Source: Octopus vulgaris
Lineage: Eukaryota
DNA: 64,000 nt
Reading direction: 5' to 3'
NCBI GenBank assembly: GCA_951406725.2
Contig: OX597816.1
Location: forward strand, 111,972,001-112,036,000
Of this stretch, positions 1 to 12,545 are shown piece after piece. A program made the translations under genes and the position numbers. The notes below the pieces were generated by a model that saw only the letters and a list, made by a program, of their open reading frames with translations, made no database searches and had not been told where the DNA came from. How positions within the stretch are numbered: the stretch's first letter is position 1; every line of letters begins with the position of its first letter.

Positions 1-2415
1 TCGCAGCTTGTGCAAAGTCCTATCCAGACTTAGGGTGACATGATGATGGAATGATTCTGTAGACAAGGCCATTAGAGCAAAGAAACAAGCCTGGAAGGCC
101 TGGAAGAGTGAGAGTAGCAGGGAACTGTATCAGATAGCCAAAAGGGAAGCTAAGAGACAGGTATATCTAGCCAAAAGAGAGGAAGAAAAGAAATTTGCCA
201 ATGTTCAGCAACATGAGGGCCAAAGTATTGAAGTGTTTTGGATTGCAAGACAGTGTGTGAGAAAAATTGTGATGTCATAGGAGAGAAATGTGTCTGCACG
301 GATGATAGCGTACTTGCATTTAATGATTCAGCAAAGAAAGAGGCTTGGAAATACCATTATGAAAGACTGCTGAATGTGGAGAATGAATGGGAGAAGAGTC
401 TACCAATGTTGACCCAACTGAAAGACCAGCTACCCAAATTGGCAGTACCTTGGTAGATAAAGGTATTAAGGATATGAATACAAGAAAAGCACCTGGTCTA
501 TCAGGAATCACTAAGGTGGTTAAAATATCAGGCAGTGTGGGTTATGGTCTTGTCCCCCATATTGTACATCAAGTGGTTCATGAAGGAGTCATACCCAATG
601 ACTGGTGTAGCAGGACCATAGTCAACTGTTACAAGGGTAAAGGTTATGTCTTAGAAATAATTACAGAGGTGTAACATTGTTGGATCAGGTAAGGAAAATA
701 ATGGAGAGGGTCATAGCCCAACTAATAAGAGAGAGAGTTAGTCTAGATGAGATGTGGCTTGATTTTGTGCCAGGAAGAAGCACCACTGGTGCTATATTTC
801 TGGTAAGGCAGCTACAGGAGAAATATGTAGCCAAAGATAAACCTCTGTACTTAGAGAAAGCCTTTGACAGGGTCCCCCAATCCCTTATCTGGTGGTCAAT
901 GCAGAAACTAGGGATAGAGATAGATAGTGCTTGGTGAGAGCTGTACAAGCCATGTATAGGGATGCTACCAGTAAGGTGAGGGTCGATAATAAGAACAGCG
1001 AAGAATTCAGGGTACAAGTAGGGATTCACTGTGGATCGGGCCTCAGCCCCCCTCTTATTCATCATAGTTCTCCAGGCAATAACAGATTAATTTAAGACAG
1101 GCTGCCCTGAAAACTCCTCTATGCTGGTGATCTTGTTCTTAGAGATGAATCACTACCAGAACTAAAGAAGTTCCAGGTATGGAAGTGACGTCTAGAATTG
1201 AAGGTCCTTAGAGTTAACCTAGCAAAAACCAAAGTCTTAGTAAGTTGGAAGGCAGGCAAACCACAAATCCCTTCAAGTAGATGGTCCTGTTCAATCTGTA
1301 GAAAAGGCATAGGTAGAAACTCCATAAGAGGTACCCAGTGTAAGCTTTGGATACATAAGAAGTGCAGCAATATCAAAGGAAGGTTAACAGGGAAAATAGC
1401 TTTTGTGTGTGGAAGATGCACAGATACAATAAGCACTGAGAATGTACAGGGGGTAAGCTAGAGGTAGTAGATAGTTTCCGTTATCTAGATGACCAAGTTA
1501 GTAGCAGAGGAGAATGCTCCGAGAGGGTAGCTGTGAGAATAAGATTAGACTAGGCAAAGTTCAGAGAGCTCCTACCTCTGCAGGAAACAAACAGCCTCTC
1601 TTTCAGAGTGAAAGGCAGATTGCATGATTCCTGTGTGTGAACAGCTATGCTAAACAGCAGTGAAACAGTGGCTGTGATGGCCAAAGTCGTGTGTAGGCTT
1701 GAAAAAATGAGGCTAGTACGCTTTGCTGAATGTGAAATGTCAGTGTTGCATGTTCGACAGAAAGTAAGCATCTCGAGAGAAAAGTTGGACATAAGAGGCA
1801 TCAGCTGTGGTGTGCAAGAGAGATGAATGCGCTGCTATGGTCATGTGATGCAGTGGATGAGGACAGTGGTGTAAAGAAGTGCCGATCTCTAACTGTAGAG
1901 GGAACCTGTGGTACAGGTAGACCCAGGAAGACATGGGACAAGATGGTGAAGCATAGTCTTCAAAGTTTGGGCCTCATAGAGGCAATGACTAGTAACTGAG
2001 ACCAAGACCGAGACATGGTGTCATGTAACTGGCACATAAAAAGCATCTTTCAAGCTTTGGGCCTCACAAAAACAAAGTGGTTGAGCGCCTATCAAGTGTT
2101 GGGCCTCACCAAGACAATGACCAAGACCTTTAGTATTTTGTCGTGTTTGAGAAGACCTATCAAGCCAAGTAAAATCACAGTTGTGACAGATACCGGTGTC
2201 ACACAAATGGCACCCATGGCAATGGCATGTAAAAGCATCCATTACACTCTTGGAGTGGTTGGCGTTAGGAAGGGCATCCAGCCATAGAAATCTTGCCAAA
2301 TCAGACTGGAGTCTGGTGTAGCCTTCCAGCTTGCCAGCCCTGGTCAAACCATCCAACCCATGCCACCATAGACAACAGACACTAAATGATGGTGGTGATG
2401 ATGATGATGATGATG
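1..2415 (+). mobile_element. Decayed RTE-clade LINE (RT region, PHD-like finger, 3' UTR, (GAT)n tail); 5' end lies outside the window
   Basis: Fragmented RT motifs KAPGLSGIT, PNDWCSRTIVNCYKGKG, FVPGRSTTGAIFLVRQLQEKY, LEKAFDRVP, LLYAGDL (YADD-like) and LRVNLAKTKVL. Many stops and frameshifts. Ends ...ccaacccatgcc...actaaatgatggtggtgatgatgatg. Confidence 0.93.
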
Positions 2416-3636
2416 AACAGTTCTAATAAAATTGTCTAAAGTTGACAAAAACTTTAAAGAAAAACAGAAAGTTACAAATTATCTTAGTCATAATGGTATT
2501 TAAAATAAGAGAAAAGTCATAGTTTTTGAAGGCCCTTATAGATTGAGAATATATATAATTAAGTGATGTTAAAACAGCTATGTGATTTGAACTCTTCCAG
2601 AAGTCATGAGGAAATATATGTGAAACATTGTAATCAATTCCACTCATTCAAACCATTTTTAAACAGCATTCTTTTATGGGAAGAAATCATTACTCTGTCA
2701 CAGACTGAACAGATAATTCAGCAGGGAGCATAAAAGGGTAGACATAATGTTTGTACTATCTAGTTTGGTGCCCCATATTTCTAAACTGAAACCTTGCAAT
2801 AGTCTTTACTTTCTTTTTCATCTCTCCAAATGTTGATAAAACGGAATACCAACAACATTATATGGTTAAATCATTTTATTTATCCTTGCTTTTCATTCTC
2901 AAAAGGCTTGTCCTGAAGAAAGACATTATGTGTTGAACTGTCGGAGAATCTAGCACATCAGTTGAGTAGATAATGGGGTGAACTTATAACAGCCAGTTTA
3001 TGATTTCATCTTTGAATATCTGTCATTCATGTACCACTCTATAAAAATGAACGGCTATAACTTTTCTTGATCAATAAGACATTTGTTTATTCTGTTTTAT
3101 AGCTGTTCTATCTGTTATTGAACTGCAGAGTAGATTTCATCAGCTTTTGATTTGCTTGCTACAATTTTGTGTTCTTTTGTATCAAAGAACCCAAACTTGG
3201 TTCTCTTCTATTAATGTCAAGTCACATTTTACATCAGTCTAAATAGTTCAAAAGGGATCAACTTAATGAGAAGGTCGGTGGAATCTAGTTAATATCTCGT
3301 ATCATTTTGGCAAACCAAAGATGGTAAATCTCCTTAAGTGTTATGAGAAAAGGAAAATTAAATACACTAAGATTGAATGCATCTTCATTTATATAATCCA
3401 ACAAAATATAAATTGTTACCTATATGTCATTATCATCACTGACATCATTTTAAAATCTGTTATTCCAAGGTGCTTTCAAGTTGTTTAGTTCTGTAACACA
3501 GTATCATTCCATTTTACTTGATCCTGCATTATGTCATAGTTAAAGTCTAACATTCTTAGATTTGACCTAAATAAGTTCTTCTAAGCTTTATTTCTGCTCA
3601 CAGCATATTCTCACCCTATAATACATACATAGATGT

Positions 3637-3851
3637 AAGGCGGTGAGCTGGCAGAAATGTTAGCATGCCGGGTGAAATGCTTAGTGGTATTTTGTCTGTC
3701 TTTATGTTCTTAGTTTGAATTCTGCTGAGGTCGACTTTACCTTTTATCCTTTCAGGGTCGATAAATTAAGTACCAGTTGCATACTGGGGTTGATCTAATC
3801 AACTGGCCCCCTCTCCCAAAATTCCGGGCCTTGTGCCTAGAATAGAAAAGA
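3637..3851 (+). mobile_element. tRNA-derived SINE, family B (central gtcgactttgcctttcatcctttcggggtcgataaa domain)
   Basis: Head aaggcggtgagctggcagaaatgttagc plus a B-box-like segment. More than 10 related copies in the window (about 11550, 33832, 36860, 45864, 46345, 55055, 57105, 57700, 58235, 60672). Confidence 0.85.
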
Positions 3852-4332
3852 ATTCATATATTCGTGTGTGTGTGTGTGTGTGTGTGCACATGTGTACATG
3901 TGTGTCTGTGCGTGCATGTGTGTGCAACAAAACCTCCTAAAACTATAAACACCCTCAAAAAGTATAACCGTTACTAGAACTAGAATCTCAATGAATGAAA
4001 ATCAAGCAGTATCAAAGCATGGTAATAACATGGCAACAAAACCTCCATAAAATATAAAACTCCCTAAACAACTTTAACTCTTACCAGAATAAGAACCTCA
4101 AGGGAGGACAACTCTTTAATAATGAGAACACAAGAAACAAAAGATTTGCTGCCATCAGCACATACAAATAAATAAGCACATCAAATATATAAATCAAATA
4201 TATACATTGCCATTCCATCTGGCTGTGTCAGCAGCATCACAAGCATAAATGCTGAAATGCTGCCTGAGAATAAATAGACTAGAAAAAGGGGCCAAATATT
4301 AGCACTAAGTGTTCATCATGTCTACACCTATT

Positions 4333-4559
4333 TATTCTTTTACTTGCTTCAGTCATTTGACTGTGGCCAAGCTAGAGCACTACCTTAAAGAGTTTTTAGT
4401 TAAAGAAATTGACCCATGACTTATTCTTTGTGAGTCTCATACTTATTCTATTGGTTTCTTTTCCTGAACCACTCAGTTATGGGAACATAAACACACCAGC
4501 ATCAGATGTCAAATAATGGCAAGGGGACAAACACAAATACACACACACAAATACATACA

Positions 4560-4603
<44 letters not shown>

Positions 4604-5157
4604 TATATACATACGTATATGTACATACTTACATCTATACATATATATATATATATGCATATGTGGGCACAGGATGTCATGAAGTGTATACAATAAAAAA
4701 AAATACGAAGTATGAGTACATGGAACATGAACTATTTTTTTAACAACAAAAGATACAAATGGAAAACAAAACAAACAACATAAAGAACGACCCTTCATCA
4801 GTTGTTGGCTATTTTTCTATTTTTGTATTTCAAGCATTTAACAACAATATATGCTTTCAATAAAACAGTTGCTCCCATAAAGCAAAGTAAATAAAATTTG
4901 GGATTTTGTGGAGGGTCAAATTTGGTAACACAAACAGGATAGTGAAAACAAACAGGAAGGGCTGCTAAGCCTAAACGAGGTTGTGATGGTGAATAACAGG
5001 CTTCTTTCAGTTTCTATCAATCAAATCCACTCACAAGGCTTTGGTTAACCCAAGGCTATAGTAGAAGACATTTGACCAAGGTGCCACACAATGGGACTGA
5101 ACCTAGAACTATGTAGTTGGGAAGCAAGCATCTTACCATACAGTCACACCAATGCCT
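4333..5157 (-). mobile_element. tRNA-derived SINE, family A, interrupted by a ~340-bp unclassified insert (about 4655-4997) in its internal (TA)n
   Basis: Reverse complement of the family A tail (4333-4560) and head (4998-5157). Confidence 0.85.
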
Positions 5158-5421
5158 AAGAGTTACAAAGCACAAATAACAAATCTCAGATATAAATCAT
5201 TTAATATTTATTGCTACCAAGCATAGAAATTAAAAATTAAGTATTTAAAACAGTAATTTCACCAAAACATACACTACCATCTACAGAACTATAGAACTTG
5301 AAAACTATAAAATGTTAAAACCAACTAGCAAACTAGACATAATAAACAGAAGTTATTAAATATAATCAGAACAATGTAGTATAGCATGAACTTTCAATCA
5401 TTGTCACAATCTTTTCAAATA

Positions 5422-6034
5422 GGCGTAGGAGTGGGTATGTGGTAAGTAGCTTGCTTACGAACCACATGGTTCTGGGTTCAATCCCACTGCGTGGCACCTT
5501 GGGCAAGTGTCTTCTACTATAGCTTCGGGCCAACCAAAGCCTTGTGAGTGGATTTGGTAGACGGAAACTGAAAGAAGCCCATTGTATATATGTATGTATA
5601 TATGTCTGGCACCTGTGTCGGTGGCACATAAAATCACCCACTACACTCTCAGAGTGGTTGGCATTAGGAAGGGCATCCAGCTGTAGAAACACTGCCAAAT
5701 CTGACTGGTCTGGTGCAGCCTTCGGGCTTCCCAGACCCCAGTTGAACCGTCCAACCCATGCTAGCATGGAAAGCGGACGTTAAACGATGATGATGATGAT
5801 GATGATGTATATGTGTGTGTGTGTGTGTGTGTGTATGTTTGTGTGTCTGTGTTTGTCCCCCAACATCACTTGACAACTGATGCTGATGTGTTTACGTCCC
5901 TGTAACTTTGCAGTTCGGCAAAAGAGATTGATAGAATAAGTACTAGGCTTATAAAGAATAAGTCCTGGGGTCAATTTGCTCAACTAAAGGCGATGCTCCA
6001 GCATGGCCACAGTCAAATGACAAACAAGTAAAAG
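5422..6034 (+). mobile_element. SINE family A with an RTE 3'-end fragment (about 5606-5806) nested in its internal microsatellite
   Basis: Head ggcgtaggagtgggtatgtggtaagtagcttgcttacgaaccacatggttctgggttcaatccc, CORE-like ggcaccttgggcaagtgtctt, tail gctccagcatggccacagtcaaatgac. The nested piece ends in (GAT)n. Confidence 0.9.
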
Positions 6035-6166
6035 AATTTTTAAAAAAAGTAAATAACTGCAGCATTTCACGTGGAATTTTTGGTTCTCGGAACTTGTCTT
6101 GTAAAAGTCAAGCAGCAATTTGGCTGTAAACGGTGGACTGAATGCTAGAAAAAACAGTAAACTTAC

Positions 6167-6501
6167 ACAAAGATAAACACATATCAGCCAATAAAGGGCA
6201 ATTACCACCCATTAGAATGTTTCTCTTCTGCAGCCTGTGGTTGGGCCTGAAGTGAGATGGGCTCTGCCAGGTGTAATAAAATTCCAAAGTTTTACCAAGT
6301 TTCACAATGGAATTCCTTTGACCCCCATCAAGAAGTTGAGACTCAAAATAAGGCAGTTGGATTGCACATTGAACCATGTGGCTGAAAAAGAAATTTATTA
6401 ACCACGCATGAACTAAATTTTCTTCCAGCAACTTCAGACTTGAGATGGATTCACTACAGCTTGTAACATTGCTTCATTGTTATTCTTCTCTGTGGCATTG
6501 T
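6167..6501 (-). other. Candidate exon of a minus-strand, probably non-coding transcript
   Basis: Minus-strand acceptor aatttcag|ACAATG and donor TTTGT|gtaagt. Unique sequence with stops in all three frames. Confidence 0.35.
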
Positions 6502-8324
6502 CTGAAATTCCATTATTAAAGCGAGAGAGATGAGAATAAAGTCTCGATGACCAATTAGTTAAATTTTGCTTTCGGTAAGTCTAATACTACTACATTGATT
6601 GGAAAACTTGAAAAACCTCTCTTGACACAAACTTCAGAATGTGAGATGTTGGCAATTATATTTTCTAAATTGATAAAAGCATATATTCACTAAATTTGCT
6701 AAAATTACATCACAAAAATGTGTGTTCATGTTTGCGTATGTTATTTATATGTGTGCCTATGAGAATATATACACCAACCAGCCTGTGTTACAATAGATAT
6801 CAATAAATTATTCTGAATGTGTATGTTTGTGTGTACATGTTTGAGAGCGTTGGCTTTATTTTTATTTTTCTGAAACAAAAATAGCAGACCAATAGATCAA
6901 TCCAATCACCCTCTAAGGATTAAGATATGCAAAACATCTCTGAAGTTCACTTAATAATTAATCATTGCCAATATCAAGTCTACCACGAGACGAAAAATTG
7001 TAAGCCAGTGATTGGCATTTAGTGCTTTGAAGAAATAAAATAATCACACATACATAATATTCATAAGAATGGATAGAACTAATTTGAATAGTATAGATAC
7101 CTTCAAAAATTACCGTTCTCATCTGTCTCATCATTATTATCTATGTTCTAGCTTCCACTTTTCCTAGCTAGCATTTGTTAGAGAGTAAGTTTTCTTGTAC
7201 AGTATATTGTTAATTTCATCCTTTCATTTATAAGACTTAGTACCCTTAGATCTAATATTACCATTTCCTCTCTGCCTTTTCTACCTCTACTATAAAGGCT
7301 TCTGCTCATGCCATTTCCATTCAGGCTTTCCCATCTCTCCACTTCTATCACATTTGTTGTGTTCAACCACATGAGGCTCCATGTTGACCACTGCAACAAG
7401 TCTTTTCTCCTCATAACGTCATCCCACTGGAATTCTCTCACTCCTTGCTCATATCTTTGATCTGATATGTTGATCTACAAGGGTTGAAGCAGAACATTAA
7501 TGGCCTCAATCTCACTAGTCTTGGAGGGTTTGCAAAGACCATAAACCCCCGTTCACTTCTGGCAGATACCTAGGTGCTAGTGGGAGGCCTTTATTGGGAT
7601 GGCCATGTTAGGAAAGCCTTTACTCATAGGTCTACTTTAACAAAGCTAACTTGGTACTAAGCTCCAACAAGAACAACATTGTTTGATTGTTTTAAAGCAA
7701 CAAGTTGAAAATAATACTAATAATAACTAATCACATTCATTTACTATGCATCAGTCAATGCTGTCAAATTAAAGAGTCACCCAAACACTGCTGGCATTAA
7801 TTTATAACAAAATTAATTAGATTCAAAATAGCTGAGTGGCTAATTAACTTTCAGCTCATGAGCGACTATATATAGTATCAACCATCAGATTTTGCATGTA
7901 TATTATAGATGCAGGCATAGCTGTGTGTTTGAGAAGTTGCTTCAAAACCATGTGGTCTGGGGTTAGTGCCAGACCAATACAAGTTACGTAGGTCGATTTA
8001 GGAGACAGAAGCTGAAGTTGTGCATTACACACACACACATACATTCACACACGTGCACACACACCCTACACACACGCACGCACACACATGCATGTATCTG
8101 TGTGTGTGAATCTGTGTTTGTATGGCTAAGCAATGGTAGACTTACTATATAAAAAATTCAATATCATAATTTTTCTTGCCTCTCTTAACTCTCCTCCACT
8201 TTTTCAGTCACTTGCTTTTGCTTACCTGATTCCAATTTTTATTTGTTTGTCGCCTCTTCCATGTGTTATATGCATATATGTGTGTGCTTCGAGCAAGGTC
8301 GTTGCCAGTGCATAAGTTGCGAAT

Positions 8325-8474
8325 TAAAATCTTCCAACAAACCTTAGTCACAATTTATGTTCCTAACACTAGCTGAATGATAACTAAGTTGTTTTACTAA
8401 ATTTTTATTATATTTAAAGTAATTGAAAGAAACACTGAGCATCTCAAAATAGATACAGTAACGAAAGGGTTTAA
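8325..8474. mobile_element. One end of a piggyBac-like MITE
   Basis: Ends ...cagtaacgaaagggtttaa (TTAA-CCCTTT-type terminus). A degenerate related copy lies at about 55595-55798. Confidence 0.5.
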
Positions 8475-8527
8475 TCTCATACTCAACTTTAAAAACAAGG
8501 CTTGTGGTTCTAAAAGCCCCGCCTCAC

Positions 8528-8609
8528 CTGATGGAAAAGAGATCACTCTACACATCTCCTAAGGTCATTTATGGTTGTTGTTTTGAAGGCATAAATAAAT
8601 ACCTTGTAA
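8528..8609 (-). other. Candidate non-coding exon
   Basis: Acceptor ccctatatttttatag|TTACAAG and donor CATCAG|gtgagg. Stops in all frames. Confidence 0.3.
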
Positions 8610-9018
8610 CTATAAAAATATAGGGATAAATGCTTTCCTTCTTGCTCACTTTTGAATATATATCACAGGGAAAGATATGTTTTCTTAGGTCACATCTCAC
8701 CACCACATAAATCTTCTCTCTAATAGGGTATTCATGTCCAATCTCACATCTTTCTTTATTGTTAGCATCACTTGCAAAGCCATTGCCAATCTTGGTTGTG
8801 TAGTTGATAAAACAGCATTTTTGCTTGTTACAATGAATTTCTTTGCATCTTTTGGTAAAATATGACTATTTGTTGAATTTAGCCACATTATTAAAATTGT
8901 TTAATGCATATTTTTCATTGCCCATTCTTGCTAAATTTGAACACTTCTATCCATGTTCTCAAAGATATAACGAGTTTTTGTATCAAGAAAAGGAATTTTT
9001 GATATACTAAAATATACT

Positions 9019-9145
9019 GAATGATGATGATGATGATGATGATGACGACGATGACAATGATGAGGACAATGATGATGATGACGACAGTAACAGAGGTTTT
9101 GGTGGAGGTAACAAAAATGACGATGACGATGATAATGATGATAGA
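9019..9145. repeat. Degenerate (GAT/GAC)n microsatellite
   Basis: Direct reading. Confidence 0.85.
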
Positions 9146-9347
9146 TGCAATACACAAATTCAGGTGGGGAACTAACATGAATTTTGTTTGTGAAAAATGA
9201 GCTGAAGCAAACTTGACTTAAAGTGAGCAAACAAATATCATGTTAAGCAAATCAATAAAATAAGAGAATTGAACCAGACAAAATAAACAGCATAAGAAAT
9301 GCACAAATGAAAGGAAACAAGATAACAGGTATCAATAATCTAGCTGT

Positions 9348-9734
9348 TTAGGAGTGGCTGTGTGGTAAGTAGCTTGCTTATGAATCACATGGCTCCGGGT
9401 TCAGTCCCACTGCATGGCACCTTGGGCAAGTGTCTTCTATTATAGCCTCAGGGTGACCAAAGCCATGTGAGTGGATTTGGTAGATGGAAACTGAGAGAAG
9501 CCCCTCGTATATATATATATATATGTATATGTTTGTGTGTCTGTGTTTGTCCTCCCAGCATAGCTTGACAACTGATGCTGGTGTGTTTACGCCCCTGTAA
9601 CTTAGCAGTTCGGCAAAAGAGACCAATAGAATAAGTACTAGGCTTACAAAGAATAAGTCCTGGGGTTGATTTGCTCGACTAAATGTGGCGCTCCAGCATG
9701 GCCACAGTCAAATGACTGAAACAAGTAAAAGAGT
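9348..9734 (+). mobile_element. Near full-length SINE family A
   Basis: Full head, CORE-like segment, internal (TA)n, tail ...gtcaaatgactgaaacaagtaaaagag. Confidence 0.92.
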
Positions 9735-9739
9735 AGTAT

Positions 9740-10125
9740 GTAATAATTATTCTAAAGAAGGCACTGAATGAAGTAGCAATACAAGACAGGAAAAGAAGTA
9801 AGAAACTGAGGGCATTTAGAAAATAGTATTAAAACACATGAACCAAACTGTTTTGTGTCTTCAAAGAAGCCAACATAAAGTAGATGTTGAGGCAACAACT
9901 GGTTGTAAGACAGATGGATTGTAGAGTCAAGCGAAGCTAAAATTGGATTATAGAATGTTACATTTATATGTTGGCAAGAAAAGCTACTGCTTGGCTAAAC
10001 CTAATGCAACTAAGCTCAGTAGAAACAGCTACAGGAAAAAGGACAGTGCTGATTGGGAAACACAGAACTCAGGTCTGAAGCTGAAGATTTCTTGATTGCA
10101 GTACAATGCCAATACTTTTCACAAG
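9740..10125 (+). mobile_element. Highly decayed Dong/R4-like LINE fragment
   Basis: aactcaggtctgaagctgaagatttcttgattgcagtacaa resembles the GLKxETEGFLIAxQ motif seen in the copies at about 40460 and 59067. Confidence 0.5.
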
Positions 10126-10289
10126 GAACTATCAAATCATAAATGAGGAAATTTAATTGTAGAATACCTCAAGATCAGGAAGAAACAAACAAGTACATTC
10201 TTTCTAGCTAGTTTCCCTTTTCTTGTGGTAGACTTTTCTCCACTGCACCAACTCCAAGGCTTGTAGTCCTGTGGACTGCATGGTGACCT

Positions 10290-10482
10290 CAATAGTGCAG
10301 GTGGCAAGAAAAAAGCACCCAGCCCACACTGTAAACTGTTTGGCATTAAAAAGGGCATCCAGCCATAAAAATCATGTCAAATCAGACACTGGCACTTAAT
10401 GCAATACTTGAACACATCAGAATCTGTCAAACTGTCCAACCCATGCCAGCAAGAAATATAGACACTAAATGATGATGATGAT
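10290..10482 (+). mobile_element. RTE 3'-end fragment with (GAT)n tail
   Basis: Matches 2220-2415. Confidence 0.8.
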
Positions 10483-10865
10483 GTTATATAGTTGGTTGGT
10501 TGGCTGGGTAGCTGGCTGGTTAGTTGGTGGGTTAGTTAGGTAGCTATTTATTTACTTATTTGTGCTCTGAATATGTGACAAGATACCATAGAAGGTTAAG
10601 ACTTTATTTTCATTTGTGTTAAGCTACCATTCTGATGTTATCCAGTTTATGGAGTATCATTATGAGTTAGGGTAATTACATAGTAGCAAGAGTCATATGT
10701 AGTTTAAAAGTAGATAAAAAACAGAAAACAAATTACTGTTATTTCAAATCATTCATTACATACATGTCAATAATGAGTGATCAATAAGTAAATCATTTAC
10801 AAATAACATCATCAGATGACCAACCATATAGAATACACACACTTACACCCCCCCCACACACACAC

Positions 10866-10901
10866 AGACAGACAGACAGATAGACAGATAGACAGATAGA
10901 C

Positions 10902-10987
<86 letters not shown>
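10866..10987. repeat. (GACA)n/(GATA)n microsatellite
   Basis: Direct reading. Confidence 0.97.
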
Positions 10988-11151
10988 CAAGAGGAAGAAT
11001 GTGAAATCCAGCTAGATACTGAATTCTCTGAGTAAAATGCCAAAGCTGGTTCCATCAGATGGTGTGTTTTTTGGTAGTCTACCTTTAGCTTGGATCCGAT
11101 GTTCCAGTTTATTTCATAGCTGCTTAGAGTGTAAAGTACAATACTGAAAAT

Positions 11152-11899
11152 AAGGAGAATGAAGAATTTGAACATTCAAACTTTAAGTTTACTTCCAGTT
11201 AATCACACAAATCACATATTATTGCATATTCAATATGCAGTGATTTATGCATTATTGGTACAATCTCTTCAGGGCATATAAATATGACATTGTTTGAAAA
11301 GGAATTTTCCTCCTCAAATAATTTAAATTAGACTTGGAAGTAGTAGTAGTAAACTCTGAACATTCTACAATGAGATGTTTTTTTCTCAAGTGCTTGTTTA
11401 GGTGAAATTCAGTAGCATCAACAGCAGCGATTATTGAGGTTTGCAATGGTTCCTGGCTAGGCTGGGTGTGGCTAGTTATAGAAAACGTATTATTTTGAAT
11501 GATTTTTCATACTTTATAGTCACAAAGCACATACTTTTCTACTCTGAGCACACAGCCTGGAATTTTTGGGGAAGGGGCCAGTCGATTAAATCGACCCCAG
11601 TATGCAACTGGTACTTAAGTTATCAACCCCAAAAGGAGGAAAGGCAAAGTTGACCTCAGCAGAATTTAAACTCAGAACATAAAGATAGATGAAATGCTGT
11701 TACGCATTTTCCCCTGAAGAAATTCTTCTTCAAACACTGTCATATTTATATGTCCTGAAGAGATCATACTAATAATGCATAAATTATAGCATATGAATAT
11801 GCAACAATATGCAATTAGTGTGATCAAAACACATATTGGACTATTATACTAACTAAAAATAAACTTAAAGTTTGAATGTTCAAATTCTTCATTCTCCTT
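11152..11899. mobile_element. Inverted repeat pair (11152-11308 / 11719-11899), probable Penelope-like termini with a degenerate hammerhead-like motif; a family B SINE (about 11550-11712, minus) lies in the spacer
   Basis: aaggagaatgaagaatttgaacattcaaactttaagttta is the reverse complement of taaacttaaagtttgaatgttcaaattcttcattctcctt. The right arm contains gtc-ctgaaga-gatcatactaat...attagtgtgatc-aaaa-cacatattggac. Confidence 0.55.
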
Positions 11900-12123
11900 T
11901 CAATATATACATGTTTGAGCTCATCTTGTTATCTTTCATAAAGGGTGACTTTGGGTTACCTATGGTTACACTCTCGAGAACAAATCCACTCATAAGCCTT
12001 TGGTTAACCCAAGGTTATAGTAGAAAACATTTTCCCAAGGTGCTCTGCAATGGGACTGAACTTCTTACCATATATGTATTTATATGTGTGTGTGTGTGCA
12101 TGTATATATATATATGTATGTAT

Positions 12124-12348
12124 ATTTCGTTACTGCCCACAAGGGGCTAAACATAGAGGGGACAAACAAGGACAGACAAACGGATTAAGTTGATAACATC
12201 GATCCCAGTGCGTAACTGGTACTTTATTTATCGACCCCGAAAGGATGAAAGGCAAAGTCGACCTCAGGGGAATTTGAATTCAGAACGTAACGGCAGACGA
12301 AATACGGCTACGCATTTCGCCCGGCATGCTAACGTTTCTGCCAGCTCA

Positions 12349-12350
<2 letters not shown>
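12124..12350 (-). mobile_element. SINE family B variant with a Tx1/L1-like 3' tail
   Basis: Family B head and body. The tail ttgtcccctctatgtttagccccttgtgggcagtaacgaaat matches the 3' end of the LINE at 26386. Confidence 0.85.
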
Positions 12351-12406
<56 letters not shown>

Positions 12407-12443
12407 GTGTATATATATATGGATATATATACATATGTGTATG

Positions 12444-12497
<54 letters not shown>

Positions 12498-12545
12498 TAT
12501 GTATATATATGTGTGTGTGTGTGTGTGTATGTACATATGTATGTA
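12351..12545. repeat. Compound (TA)n/(TG)n microsatellite
   Basis: Direct reading. Confidence 0.97.

Noticed and set aside
4785-4810. Hammerhead at minus-strand ctgatgaagg
   Set aside because: No stem II and GAAA follow the core.
6108-6431. 107-aa ORF as a coding exon
   Set aside because: In-frame stops lie between the best acceptor (6501) and the ORF start, and no homology is recognisable.
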